The notes under the pieces are model-generated. The model worked only from the letters and a program-made list of their open reading frames with translations. It ran no database searches and was not told the DNA's origin. From a virus (Duplodnaviria; Heunggongvirae; Uroviricota; Caudoviricetes), in IMG/VR virus record IMGVR_UViG_3300003155_000137, positions 110,629 through 137,417 of that record: a stretch of 26,789 nucleotides of DNA; one strand, given 5' to 3'. The position numbers and the translations under genes are program-made. The first letter of the stretch is position 1. Every line of letters begins with the position of its first letter. Below are positions 7,368 to 17,028 of the stretch, piece by piece.

Positions 7368-8939
7368 ATGCCTAACCCTATGGCGAACGGGCAGCAGGTG
7401 TTCTCGGGTGATCCCGTTTCGACCCCGCCGTTCGTCGACGACGTCGACGGGGACGGGAACACCGAAGTCGTGACGGACGCCGATATCGTGGAGCCCGATT
7501 CGGAGGATGGCGCTGCGGCATTGCAGCAGGACTTCAGCGGATCGCTCGGCGACAAGATCGACCTCCTCACACACAAGATAGAGGACCTCCTCACCCTTAA
7601 CAAGGTGGACAGACTCATCGACACCTTGACGGAGGCATTCCAGGACGCGCCGGAGCCCGAGTCTCCGGGCATGCCGCATGGCGGTGGATCGATGGGAGGG
7701 GAACCGACCCTCTCCGAGCCCGACATGTCGGACGTGCTCGACGACGCCGACGACGGCGGTCCCGAGGTTCCGGACGAGTCCGGTCCGGACGCCGAGGAGG
7801 ACGAACAGGAAACGGACACAGACAGGGAAGCAGCAGTCATGGCAAAGAATATGAGACGCGCCACCGACGAGGACGGAAAGGTCACAGACGCCCTCTCGGC
7901 CGATGAGGTGCTGAAGGACGTAACCGATCAGGGCATCGACTTCCAGCCCGCGCAGGACAAGAACGCGACCGAGCCGCAGTCGACCTCCGCCGAGGTCGGC
8001 GACAACTACGAAGGCTCGCAGAAGACATACGACGACGCCGAGGACGAGAGCCTGAAGCCGGTCTCCGCGACGGCGGCGCTCCGTCTGGCCGACGCCTACG
8101 TGACCGCAGGCGTGGCCTCCGAGGCCGACCGCTACACGCTGGCCGACGGATTCGCCAAGATGCCGCGCATCGCGGCCGAACACGAGCTCAAGGCCCTCTC
8201 GCTGGTCCGCAAGGCCAATGCGAAGAGGACCGAGGCGATGAAGAGGGCGGCTCTCCGCAGGGCCGCGCTGAACCGCAAGGCACGCCGCGCCGCACAGTTC
8301 CGCAAGGCCGGGGACACCCAGGTCTACGACCTTGAGGGCCAGCAGACCGGCACCATCACCCCGGCCGAAGACGGCACCTATTCGTTCGACGTGGACGGCC
8401 AGACCGGAGACGGCTACGCCACCGAGTCCGAGGCCCTCGACGCCGCGAAGGAGCAGACCGGCAACGACGATCTGGTGACATCCACCGCGGTCGCCGCAGC
8501 CCGTCGTCGTTCGGCGGCACGCAAGGCGGCGGTGAACCGCAGGAAGGCCAAGGCCGCCCCGAGGAAGAAGGCGACGGCCGCCACCGCCAAGAGGACCGCA
8601 GGACGCGGCAAGAGCTGCGATGACGCCGACCGCAGGAAGGAGCGCCGCGAGGAGGCACGCAAGGCCGCACGCCGCGCCGCCCTGAGGAGGGCCGCACGTC
8701 GCCGCGCCGCCGAGCGCAAGGCCGGAGCCGCCACCAAGAGCGCCCCGAAGCGCCTGTCCGCAGCCAACCGCGCGCGCATCGCAGCGAGGGTCGCCGCCGC
8801 CCGCAAGGCCAATGGCGATCCGAAGGCCACGGCACGTCGCGCCGCTCTGAACGCGGCACGCACCAAGGCCGCCCGTCGCACACCGAACATCACCAGAACC
8901 GCAGCGTCGAAGGCCGACGGCCCGCTCGCGTTGCTCTGA
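7368..8939 (+). CDS. Capsid scaffolding / prohead core protein
   Basis: Immediately upstream of the decoration and MCP genes. Acidic N-terminal half and an Arg/Ala/Lys-rich helical C-terminal half. Confidence 0.7.
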   Translation: MPNPMANGQQVFSGDPVSTPPFVDDVDGDGNTEVVTDADIVEPDSEDGAAALQQDFSGSLGDKIDLLTHKIEDLLTLNKVDRLIDTLTEAFQDAPEPESPGMPHGGGSMGGEPTLSEPDMSDVLDDADDGGPEVPDESGPDAEEDEQETDTDREAAVMAKNMRRATDEDGKVTDALSADEVLKDVTDQGIDFQPAQDKNATEPQSTSAEVGDNYEGSQKTYDDAEDESLKPVSATAALRLADAYVTAGVASEADRYTLADGFAKMPRIAAEHELKALSLVRKANAKRTEAMKRAALRRAALNRKARRAAQFRKAGDTQVYDLEGQQTGTITPAEDGTYSFDVDGQTGDGYATESEALDAAKEQTGNDDLVTSTAVAAARRRSAARKAAVNRRKAKAAPRKKATAATAKRTAGRGKSCDDADRRKERREEARKAARRAALRRAARRRAAERKAGAATKSAPKRLSAANRARIAARVAAARKANGDPKATARRAALNAARTKAARRTPNITRTAASKADGPLALL

Positions 8940-8967
8940 CATCCACTAGAGACAAGGACATACCATC

Positions 8968-9462
8968 ATGATGTATACAACCAACGCCCATGATGCGTTC
9001 CTCGGCCGCACCGCGAACATCGAGTACGACAACGCCATCCAGTACGCCGGCGTGCTCGTGCGCGACGAGGGCGACACCAAGGACATCCTGCCGGGCATGG
9101 TCGTCAAGCACATCGGCGACAAGCAGATGAAGCTGTATGACGGCACCGGCACCCCGTTCGGCCTCGCCGCGATCTTCGTGGCACCGAACTACGGCAGGGG
9201 CGGAATCAACCAGCTCGGCCAGAACGGCGAGTTCACCGCCATCGTCGGCAACAACACCACAACCGTCCGCATCAACGTGGACGCCCTGGATCAGGCATCC
9301 TCGTTCGCAGTGAAGGCCGACGGCACCAAGGTCCCGGTCTACGCGAACGCCGATGGTCGCATCTCCATGACCGGCACCGCAGTGGTCGGTCATCTGCTGG
9401 AGGTTGCCCCGGACAACAAGTCCATCGTCATCCAGCTCGCCGACCCCGCAGTCGCGGCCTGA
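8968..9462 (+). CDS. Capsid decoration / cement protein
   Basis: 164-aa beta-rich protein between scaffold and MCP (ILPGMVV...YDGTGTPFGL). Confidence 0.6.
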   Translation: MMYTTNAHDAFLGRTANIEYDNAIQYAGVLVRDEGDTKDILPGMVVKHIGDKQMKLYDGTGTPFGLAAIFVAPNYGRGGINQLGQNGEFTAIVGNNTTTVRINVDALDQASSFAVKADGTKVPVYANADGRISMTGTAVVGHLLEVAPDNKSIVIQLADPAVAA

Positions 9463-9492
9463 GACGGACCAGGACGAAAGGAAGCATAGGCT

Positions 9493-10443
9493 ATGACACA
9501 GAAGTTCATGCTCGCCAAGGACTACGCTCAGGCGGCTGATAGGAACATCAAGGCCCGTGGCGGCAGGAAGGTCACCGCCGCCGAGAAGACCAAGAGGATG
9601 GCGTCCATCCTGTCCAAGGGCGGCACCGTCAAGCTGGGCGAGGCGATGGTCGGCCCCATCTCCATCCGCATCAACTACGAGGGCATCGCCCGTCAGGCAC
9701 TGGTCGAGGACCTCGTCCCGCAGGGCGAGATCAGGCAGTACCCGGTGCTGTCCGACCTGCCGACCGCGTACTCCCTCAACTCCAACGACGGACAGGTCCG
9801 CATCTCCCATGTGGAGGGCAAGACCATCGTCCCGAAGTACGGACGCATCGCGGCGGAGTGGGAGGTGGATCGTTCCGACCTGGAGCTGCTCCACGCCAAC
9901 ATCGTCGAGTACGCCGACAACATGACCGTGCAGCAGATCATGAAGGAGGAGGACAACCTCCTGTACAACGGCTACGACCTGATGATCCAGGACTGGCAGG
10001 ACCTCCATCCGGGCCAGACCGACAACAACATCACGATGGTCGGCACCACCCTGACGCTGGACACCCTGATCGACGCCCAGGCGTTCATCGCGTCCCAGCA
10101 GAACGAGGCGAAGCTGCTCATCGCCAATCCGGCAGACATGTACGACCTGTACAGGTGGGATCTGCTCACCGTCGGCGTCGCCTTCAAGGACAACTACTTC
10201 GCAGGCTACAAGCAGACGACGTTCGGCGACTGGACCCTGCTCAAGTCCGTCACCATGCCGCGTGGCGTGTTCTACGTCACCGGCGCTCCGAACACCGTCG
10301 GCATCTTCTCGACCCGCTACGGCCTTGAGGCGACGGATGACGTGACGGCGAACTCGAAGTTCAAGATTCGCAAGATCTTCAACGAGTTGTGCTCGCTCGT
10401 GCTCGTGAATCAGTTGGCTGTGGCGAAGATCACCAAGGAGTGA
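9493..10443 (+). CDS. Major capsid protein (Bxz1-like type)
   Basis: LGEAMVGPISIRINYEGIARQALVED, NIVEYADNMTVQQIMKEED and DLYRWD...GVAFKD resemble, from memory, the MCP of cluster C mycobacteriophages. Strong codon bias, GAAAGGA RBS and a downstream terminator. Confidence 0.85.
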   Translation: MTQKFMLAKDYAQAADRNIKARGGRKVTAAEKTKRMASILSKGGTVKLGEAMVGPISIRINYEGIARQALVEDLVPQGEIRQYPVLSDLPTAYSLNSNDGQVRISHVEGKTIVPKYGRIAAEWEVDRSDLELLHANIVEYADNMTVQQIMKEEDNLLYNGYDLMIQDWQDLHPGQTDNNITMVGTTLTLDTLIDAQAFIASQQNEAKLLIANPADMYDLYRWDLLTVGVAFKDNYFAGYKQTTFGDWTLLKSVTMPRGVFYVTGAPNTVGIFSTRYGLEATDDVTANSKFKIRKIFNELCSLVLVNQLAVAKITKE

Positions 10444-10475
10444 CGCATTCTTCACGAATGATTCACAACTGACCG

Positions 10476-10503
10476 AGGCCCCGCTCACAAGGCGGGGCCT
10501 TTC
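10476..10503 (+). terminator. Intrinsic terminator after the MCP gene
   Basis: AGGCCCCGC-TCACAAG-GCGGGGCCT followed by TT. Lies between convergent genes. Confidence 0.8.
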
Positions 10504-10504
10504 C

Positions 10505-12223
10505 CTATCCGTGCAACTCATACACCCTCGTTCCGCAGTCATAGAACCGGCTGTAGCCCTTGGAGCGCATCGTGGCGTCCTCATCCTTCATCTGCGTCGA
10601 ATACCTAGACAGCATGTCGAACGGGTTGTTGTGAATCCACCAGTAGCTCGGCACGGTGTCCCTCGTATGGGCGAACCCGATTCTCTCATATGACGATCCG
10701 GTGAACTTCGCCCGATTGCAGTAGGATATGACGTCGGTGATGCCGAACCGATCCATAGAATGCTTCAGCAACCGGGACATTCCTCCTACGACCTCAGTAC
10801 CCATCCGGCAACAGTATCTCAGCATCTCCATCCCCTCGAAGCCGGAGAACCTGGGTTTGCCGAACGTCATGAGGGCCACTAGCTCCCCGTCATGGGCAAG
10901 GCCGAGGCGATAGCGCGATCCGATCGCCCCCTGTATGTGGTTCTCACGAAAGAACCCCATAGACGTGTGCGAATCGACCTCGACGACATCGCACCTGCGC
11001 GCCCCGATTCTTTCCGACATCCCGAGCGCGGTCGACAGGAGCGACTTCACGACCTTCTTGTTGTTCGTCCACTCCCACTCAAAGACATGGACGAGCCTGA
11101 TGCCGAGGGCCTCGCACGCCTCGGTCTTTCCGAGATGGTATCCGGAGTCCTTGAACTCGTCGGTGTGCCAGTACGAACCATCGAACTCAATCGCAAGATT
11201 CCTTGACGGAATGTACACATCAAGCTCCTGCGGCTTGATGATGTCCCTCACGGTCTGTCTCGCATCGGGAGCGATGGAGCGGACGAATTGGAACAGCTCC
11301 GCCTCCTCGTTGGACGGTGAGTGGGGCGATGTACGGTGGATTCGGTCCGACATCCCATACCTGATGACGGCCTTCCCGACTCTCTGACTCCATGTGCCGA
11401 GTCGCTCCTGAAGCTCGTACATGCTCGGATCGTGGTCGAACGAATCGAGGATGGACCATGCGAACGATTCGTCGTCGCAGAACCGGCACGCATCCTCGGT
11501 CCACCCCTTGCGCTTCGTGGCCTTCAGTTTCTCCGTCGACCTAGCTTTGGCCATCTCGCTCTGTCTCGTCCTCAGCTCGGGGTGTTCCCTGAAACGCCTC
11601 TTCTGCGACTCGCTCAGCCTCCGCTTCGACTCCTCGGACATGTGGGAGCCCTTGCGTCCGCTCATCCTGGAGTATTCGCCCATCTTCAGCCTCAGCGTGG
11701 GGTCGTTCTCGAATCGGAGCTTCTGGGCCTCGGACATCCTCGTCTTGGCCTCGTCGGACATCACCTTGCCCTTGTTCGACTCCGATATGCGCCGCTTCGT
11801 CTCATCCGACACCGCCCTTGTGCGGTTCGACCTGATGATGGCCTGACGATGGCTCTCGCTTATCGGCCCCCTGTCAGTCCTCGCCTTGGCGCTCTCCGAC
11901 ATCCTCCTTTTCGTCTCCTCAGAAAACGTCCGTCTGACGTATCCATCATCGTGCGTCTTGGTGTGGGTCTTGTACCCAGCCACCGAACTGCACTCATACC
12001 CGCACACGGGGCATGTGAGCGATTCAGGTATGCCCTTGGCCTTCAGTTTGCAGTCGTCGCATACGGTCTGCCTGTTGCTGTGCGTGTGGAACATCGCACC
12101 GCACTCCGCACATGTCTTGTCGATGCCGTTGACATTCAGGTCGCAGTAACCGCACATCCCGTTCGGTCGTATCGACCGAGCGCCGCGCGACTTTCCGCAT
12201 CTGATGCATCTCACCTTTTCCAT
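10505..12223 (-). CDS. Hef-like homing endonuclease: Zn ribbons, C2H2 finger, NUMOD3 repeats, Vsr/DUF559 nuclease, GNAT-like domain
   Basis: Repeats SEETKRRMSES / SDETKRRISES / SEESKRRLSES. Nuclease motif ELDVYIPSRNLAIEFDGSYWH. C-terminal ENHIQG...LVALMTFGKPRF...VVGGMSRLL. Confidence 0.8.
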   Translation of the reverse strand: MEKVRCIRCGKSRGARSIRPNGMCGYCDLNVNGIDKTCAECGAMFHTHSNRQTVCDDCKLKAKGIPESLTCPVCGYECSSVAGYKTHTKTHDDGYVRRTFSEETKRRMSESAKARTDRGPISESHRQAIIRSNRTRAVSDETKRRISESNKGKVMSDEAKTRMSEAQKLRFENDPTLRLKMGEYSRMSGRKGSHMSEESKRRLSESQKRRFREHPELRTRQSEMAKARSTEKLKATKRKGWTEDACRFCDDESFAWSILDSFDHDPSMYELQERLGTWSQRVGKAVIRYGMSDRIHRTSPHSPSNEEAELFQFVRSIAPDARQTVRDIIKPQELDVYIPSRNLAIEFDGSYWHTDEFKDSGYHLGKTEACEALGIRLVHVFEWEWTNNKKVVKSLLSTALGMSERIGARRCDVVEVDSHTSMGFFRENHIQGAIGSRYRLGLAHDGELVALMTFGKPRFSGFEGMEMLRYCCRMGTEVVGGMSRLLKHSMDRFGITDVISYCNRAKFTGSSYERIGFAHTRDTVPSYWWIHNNPFDMLSRYSTQMKDEDATMRSKGYSRFYDCGTRVYELHG

Positions 12224-12229
12224 ACGGCC

Positions 12230-12235
12230 ATCTTA
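12230..12235 (-). promoter_or_regulatory. Putative -10 (TAAGAT) giving a leaderless transcript
   Basis: The hexamer lies 6 nt before the ATG at 12223, and no RBS is present. Confidence 0.45.
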
Positions 12236-12307
12236 CATCCAAGAGAGGACAGATGTTTGATGGGTGTGTCTCGCTTGTAGTGTCATGGCTGGCAGACGTT
12301 TCTGCGA

Positions 12308-14143
12308 TCACATGTGCAGCTCATACACCCTCGTCCCACAGTCGTAGACACGATGGAACCCGCGACCGCGCATCACCGCATCCTCGTTCCTCATCTGCGC
12401 CCTGTACCGTGCGAGATGTTCCTGACCGTTCGCCCATGTGTAGCTCGGTGCAGTGTCACGGACATGGGAGAATCCCAGCCGCTCATACGAACGTCCGGTG
12501 AACTTCGACCGGTTGCAGTACGCCATGACATCGCTGATTCCATAGTCGCTCATGGCATGGGACAAGAGCCTCGACATGCCACCGACGACCTCGGTTCCCA
12601 TCCGACAGCAGTAGCGGAGCATCTCCATGCCGTCGAACGCTCCGAACCTTGGTCTTCCGAATGTCATCAGCGACACAAGTCCGCCGTCGCACTCAAGACC
12701 GAGCCTTATGGTGGAGCCGACACCGCCCTGTATGTGGTTCTCATCGAGGAATGTCATGGCGGTGTGGGAATCGACCTCGACCACCCGACACCTTCTGGCG
12801 AACACTCTATCATCAAGTCCCAGCGCCGAGCGAATCATGGACTCGCAGACATTTCTTCTCTCAAGCCATTCCCACTCGAATATGTGGATGAGCCTGATTC
12901 CCTTTTTCTCGCATCCGATGGTCTTGTCGAGCTGCCGGTTCACGTCGGGATTCACCTCGTCGGAATGCCAGTAGGCACCGTCGAACTCAATGGCAAGGCT
13001 TTTCTCCGGCACGTAGATGTCCAATTCCCTGCCGTCCAGCACAGTGGTGTCGGCGTATCCGTCGAATCCCAGCGAACGCACGTAATCCCGGACTTCGTTC
13101 TCCATGCCGGAGGTCTTTGCGTGCGTGTTCACCATACCGTTCAGTCCGTACCGGTTGACGTTCTTGACTATGGTCTGGCACATCGGTATCCCCAGCGCAT
13201 CGGCAAGCTCGATGTATGTGGGGCGATGGTCGAACGATTCGATGAGTGAACGGAGCCTACTCTCGTCCTCCAATACCGATGCGGCGTCCTCACCGACCGC
13301 CCTCACACGCCTGTTGTGGGCGATGAGGTCCTTGGTGAACTGCATCTGGAACGCGGACTCAACGCCGTACCGCTCCACCATGTTCCTCTTCCGGGTCTCC
13401 CTGACGAGTTCGCTCCCCCAAGGGGTCTCGGCACCGTACCGCTCCATGTTGGTCGCATGGGTCTTCTCGGCTATCTCGGGGTTGGCGAGGCCGCGTTTTC
13501 CATCCCACCGTTCATCGAAGGCTCTTCTGACCTTCTCCTTTATCTCCGGCACACGGCTGACATGGGCGTCCCCGTACCGCTCGACGTTCGTCCTGTAGCG
13601 CTTCTCCGTCAGCTCCTTGGAGGCGAAGCCGATGCCTCCATAGCGCTCGATCGTTGTCCTCTCGCGCTTCGGCTTGGCGATGCAGTAGGAGCATATGCAG
13701 TTCCTCATCCTCTCGGGCCAGCGCATCTTGTGGCATGCGGGGCACTCGACACGTTCCACCCCCTTATGCGAGTCGGACATGGTGCATCGACGGCACTGTT
13801 CAAGCTCGTGGTCGTCGGTGTAGGTCCTGCCGCATCTCCTGCACACGTATTGGCGGCGCTCCCCCTTCGGCTCCTTCGCCTTGGTACGCAACGAACGGCA
13901 GATGTTGCACAAGCCATCCTTGAACGTCCTGCGCCTGCGCATCCTGTGGCAGCCATCGCACTCAATCAGCTCGTCCTTCCGCGCCCTGCACTCGTCGCAC
14001 TCCTTGCGTCTGGATGACCCACGGAAGACATTGCCGCATGTCTGACACACCATCTCCGGCTTCTCACGACGGCACCATTGGCACACGCCGCTCCCATCGA
14101 TGGATGATTCCCTGCGATCCCTGTTGCACTTGACGCATATCAT
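12308..14143 (-). CDS. Second Hef-like endonuclease: Zn ribbons, ERYG repeats, Vsr/DUF559 nuclease, GNAT-like domain
   Basis: Many CxxC pairs and xxERYG repeats. ELDIYVPEKSLAIEFDGAYWH. The C-terminus is highly similar to 10505..12223. Start placed at 14143 because a promoter overlaps the 14161 ATG. Confidence 0.8.
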   Translation of the reverse strand: MICVKCNRDRRESSIDGSGVCQWCRREKPEMVCQTCGNVFRGSSRRKECDECRARKDELIECDGCHRMRRRRTFKDGLCNICRSLRTKAKEPKGERRQYVCRRCGRTYTDDHELEQCRRCTMSDSHKGVERVECPACHKMRWPERMRNCICSYCIAKPKRERTTIERYGGIGFASKELTEKRYRTNVERYGDAHVSRVPEIKEKVRRAFDERWDGKRGLANPEIAEKTHATNMERYGAETPWGSELVRETRKRNMVERYGVESAFQMQFTKDLIAHNRRVRAVGEDAASVLEDESRLRSLIESFDHRPTYIELADALGIPMCQTIVKNVNRYGLNGMVNTHAKTSGMENEVRDYVRSLGFDGYADTTVLDGRELDIYVPEKSLAIEFDGAYWHSDEVNPDVNRQLDKTIGCEKKGIRLIHIFEWEWLERRNVCESMIRSALGLDDRVFARRCRVVEVDSHTAMTFLDENHIQGGVGSTIRLGLECDGGLVSLMTFGRPRFGAFDGMEMLRYCCRMGTEVVGGMSRLLSHAMSDYGISDVMAYCNRSKFTGRSYERLGFSHVRDTAPSYTWANGQEHLARYRAQMRNEDAVMRGRGFHRVYDCGTRVYELHM

Positions 14144-14149
14144 GGAACC

Positions 14150-14178
14150 ATTATAACGCATGTCGCATCAATATACAA
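14150..14178 (-). promoter_or_regulatory. Sigma70/SigA-type promoter TTGTAT-N17-TATAAT, leaderless
   Basis: Perfect -10 with a 17-nt spacer. The ATG begins 6 nt after the -10. Confidence 0.7.
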
Positions 14179-14217
14179 ATTGTATGGTTCCACTATGCGT
14201 CGGACATCCGCATTCAA

Positions 14218-14415
14218 TCAGCAGTACACGTGTGCATACACCGAAGTCAACAACATGGCGGCAAACCACAATGGCACCAGAGCGACTCCGGCATCACCGA
14301 GAACCACGACGCCGCAACACGCCAACGCCGTCACGATCATCAGCATCAGGTCGAACAGGGACAGAATCGCCGTGACGACGGCGAACGCAATCATGGACCG
14401 CGTACCGCATCTCAT
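14218..14415 (-). CDS. Small two-TM membrane protein
   Basis: Two hydrophobic helices. ATGA overlap with the upstream gene's stop at 14412-14415. Confidence 0.65.
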   Translation of the reverse strand: MRCGTRSMIAFAVVTAILSLFDLMLMIVTALACCGVVVLGDAGVALVPLWFAAMLLTSVYAHVYC

Positions 14416-14897
14416 GAGTTCCCGCCTTCCGTGCCGTCATCCTTCGGGTCATCCCAGAACGAGAGGCGCAGATGCCACCCGTTCAGATATCCGCAATGCG
14501 AATAGGCCTCGGCGGTGTTCAGCAGCTGTGCGGCCCGCAGGTCGTCGGTGTCGAACGTGGCCGGGGCCTTCGCATCACCGAGCAGCGAGTCCACCAGCAC
14601 ATACATGTCATCCGGCGTGGCCCCATGAGGGTCGAATCGGGCGATCCTCATCAACATGCATCCGGGGTTGCGGAACACCCACACGGAATCATTCGTCCAC
14701 ACGGGCATGAACACCCCGTCCATGTTCTTGAGGATCGGGACGCCGTTCACGAGCACTCCCTTGCACCAGTCGCCCATATGGACGTCCACATGTTTCAACC
14801 CGTACTCGTCGTATTCCAGATCGACCATAGGAAGCGTGTCGAGGAGTGCCGCCAAGGCATCGTCGAACCTGTCTTCCAGGTCCCCATCCGTCATCAT
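14412..14897 (-). CDS. Hypothetical protein
   Basis: AGGTG RBS. Sits in the coupled minus-strand gene run. Confidence 0.7.
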   Translation of the reverse strand: MMTDGDLEDRFDDALAALLDTLPMVDLEYDEYGLKHVDVHMGDWCKGVLVNGVPILKNMDGVFMPVWTNDSVWVFRNPGCMLMRIARFDPHGATPDDMYVLVDSLLGDAKAPATFDTDDLRAAQLLNTAEAYSHCGYLNGWHLRLSFWDDPKDDGTEGGNS

Positions 14898-14903
14898 GTT
14901 CCG

Positions 14904-15338
14904 TCACCTGCCTTTCAGTCTCAGCATCTTGTCGTTAAGACATCCATCATCGTCGATGGACAGCGTCCTGTCGACCATCATGTCATACGACATGTCATAC
15001 GACATGTCGCATCTATGAAGGCCGATGTGGCTGATTGACGGCGCGCCGTCCGTGATGCGATACGACGCCTGCGAGTCCCATCCGTCCCTGGAATGGATCA
15101 GCGTCCTCGGCATGCCGTCGATCACATCCACCAGGTGCTTGAGGAACCTTGTGTCGCTGTCGAACCTGCCACCACATCCGCACACGACGAACCCATCCTC
15201 GACCGTCAGCACATTCCGCACGTCGAATCCACCGATATGCTCGGCCAGCTTGTCCGAAGGCCGCTCGCCGGAATCATCGTCGTAGGGAACCAGGAACAGC
15301 GTGCCGTTCCCGCCCCTCCATCCGTTCTCACCGTTCAT
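14904..15338 (-). CDS. Hypothetical protein with a CxC-x12-H zinc-finger-like motif
   Basis: GAAAGGA RBS. Contains CGCGGRFDSDTRFLKHL. Confidence 0.65.
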   Translation of the reverse strand: MNGENGWRGGNGTLFLVPYDDDSGERPSDKLAEHIGGFDVRNVLTVEDGFVVCGCGGRFDSDTRFLKHLVDVIDGMPRTLIHSRDGWDSQASYRITDGAPSISHIGLHRCDMSYDMSYDMMVDRTLSIDDDGCLNDKMLRLKGR

Positions 15339-15394
15339 CCGTCATCCTTTCCCGAAACCTCCAACGCATCACGCCGGCATCCGTGTCCACCCGG

Positions 15395-16336
15395 TCATCG
15401 GATGAGCGAACCGACATAGGTCATGTCAACATCATCCTCGTCGAACGCCCTGCTGTGATACACGAGTCTCGACCTGTCGGCCCGCTCCAGAACATCGCGC
15501 ACCAATCTTGAACGGCTGGAGTCATCGGTCGGAACCGGCCTGCCCTTGAGGAGGATGCCCTTCAGCACCGACCTGATCGACTTCACCTCAAGGTAGTGGT
15601 CGGACTTGACCTTGACCATCCACCCGTCCGCGTAGTAGAGGACGACGCCCTCACGGTCGCTTGATTGCGCGTCGGCTATCGCCTTCTCCAGTTCGTCCCG
15701 GTCATGGCATTCGCGCAGCACCTCGGGACGGTCGAAGTCGAACGATTCGGCTATCAGCCGTTCCGCGTCCGGGTCTATGCCGAACGCCTCCGTGTTGCGG
15801 ATGCAGTGCAGGAAGAACAGGCGGCTATGGTCGTAGCCGACGATGTGCCTATCCGATTCCATGTCCACGACCTCAACGGCCATCGTCACGTTCCGGTCGT
15901 GCAGGATACGCCACGGTTCGCTTTCACGTCCCGCAATCCTCTCGTGCAGGAGCCGTTCGATGAGCGGAGAATAGTCGGTCCGCCCGCTCTTCGACCAGCA
16001 ACGGAGACGCCCGTCGGGGGCGGCACCGACCAGTCCGAGGAACCCGTTCTCCTTGCTCTCCACACGAACCGGGTAGGCGTCATGGCCCAGCACCTTGTCG
16101 GGGGTCACGGTGTCGTTCTCACCGAGGTTGAAGAACTTGTCGAATCCACGCATCACCACCCGCCCCTCATGGTCGAGGAACAGGCCACGGGCCTTCGACG
16201 AGTATTCGTCCCACCTGTGATTGACGAAGGCGTCACGGGTGAAGTTGCAGGCGTACACATCCGATTCGCCATCGACCGGACGGACACGCACGTTCGGGTT
16301 GGCCCTCATGCCGTCAAGCAGATTACCGTTGTCCAC
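15395..16336 (-). CDS. T4 Rnl1-like RNA ligase
   Basis: NFTRDAF...WD...ARGLF...RGFDKFFN, motif I KENG, EGVV and VKVKSDHY. Confidence 0.85.
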   Translation of the reverse strand: MDNGNLLDGMRANPNVRVRPVDGESDVYACNFTRDAFVNHRWDEYSSKARGLFLDHEGRVVMRGFDKFFNLGENDTVTPDKVLGHDAYPVRVESKENGFLGLVGAAPDGRLRCWSKSGRTDYSPLIERLLHERIAGRESEPWRILHDRNVTMAVEVVDMESDRHIVGYDHSRLFFLHCIRNTEAFGIDPDAERLIAESFDFDRPEVLRECHDRDELEKAIADAQSSDREGVVLYYADGWMVKVKSDHYLEVKSIRSVLKGILLKGRPVPTDDSSRSRLVRDVLERADRSRLVYHSRAFDEDDVDMTYVGSLIR

Positions 16337-16337
16337 G

Positions 16338-17027
16338 TCATTCCCCTTGGATGATCTGCATGATTGTTCGGTCGCTTACCGGTGCCATGTCCCACGCATC
16401 GACGCCGACGTTGAGCATCATCGGGTCGCCGAACTCGTCACGGTCCTTCGCATGGGTGTGCCCGTGGAGCAGCACAAGCCCATCGACGCGCGGAGGGGCG
16501 AAACGGCGGAGCCTTTCCGCCAGCGCGTTGGTCGAAAGACCATCGGGAACCGGTAGGTCGAACATGTCACGATACGGGAAGTGCGACAGCAACACCGGCA
16601 TTCCGTCCGAAAGCACGTCAAGGCCAATCGGGGAGACGACCGAGAACAGCCCGGCCCACCTTACGTAGTCCTTCCTGTCGTGGTGGAGCAGGGCGTTCTC
16701 GTGGTTGCCCAGGATGAGACGGCGGCGTTTGCGCGGGATGTTCAGCATCCTAATCATCGCCTCGGCCTCCCTCATGCTTCTAGAGCCTCCGGACGACACG
16801 TCCCCCAGCACGGTCAGCGTATCATCGGCGGAACATCTCGAGTTGATGGCATCGACCAGGTCGCGGTCGTGCCTCTCCCAGTCGACCGCATCCCACAGGT
16901 CGACGCCGGCCTCCAAGCACTCCTCGCGGATGGTCGCATCATTGGGCCATCCGGGCTCCGCATAACCGCGCAGCGCGGCCACGAACGGATGCCCGAAGTG
17001 CAGGTCCGATGTATACCAGTTGGTCAT
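16338..17027 (-). CDS. Calcineurin-like metallophosphoesterase
   Basis: Motifs TSDLHFGH, LGDVS, LGNHE, LSHFPY and LHGHTH. AAGGTG RBS before the ATG at 17027. Confidence 0.88.
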   Translation of the reverse strand: MTNWYTSDLHFGHPFVAALRGYAEPGWPNDATIREECLEAGVDLWDAVDWERHDRDLVDAINSRCSADDTLTVLGDVSSGGSRSMREAEAMIRMLNIPRKRRRLILGNHENALLHHDRKDYVRWAGLFSVVSPIGLDVLSDGMPVLLSHFPYRDMFDLPVPDGLSTNALAERLRRFAPPRVDGLVLLHGHTHAKDRDEFGDPMMLNVGVDAWDMAPVSDRTIMQIIQGE

Positions 17028-17028
17028 T

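Noticed and set aside
14979-15008. 12-nt tandem repeat CATGTCATACGA, 2.5 copies
   Set aside because: It is a small in-frame duplication (DMSY) with no spacers, so not CRISPR-like.
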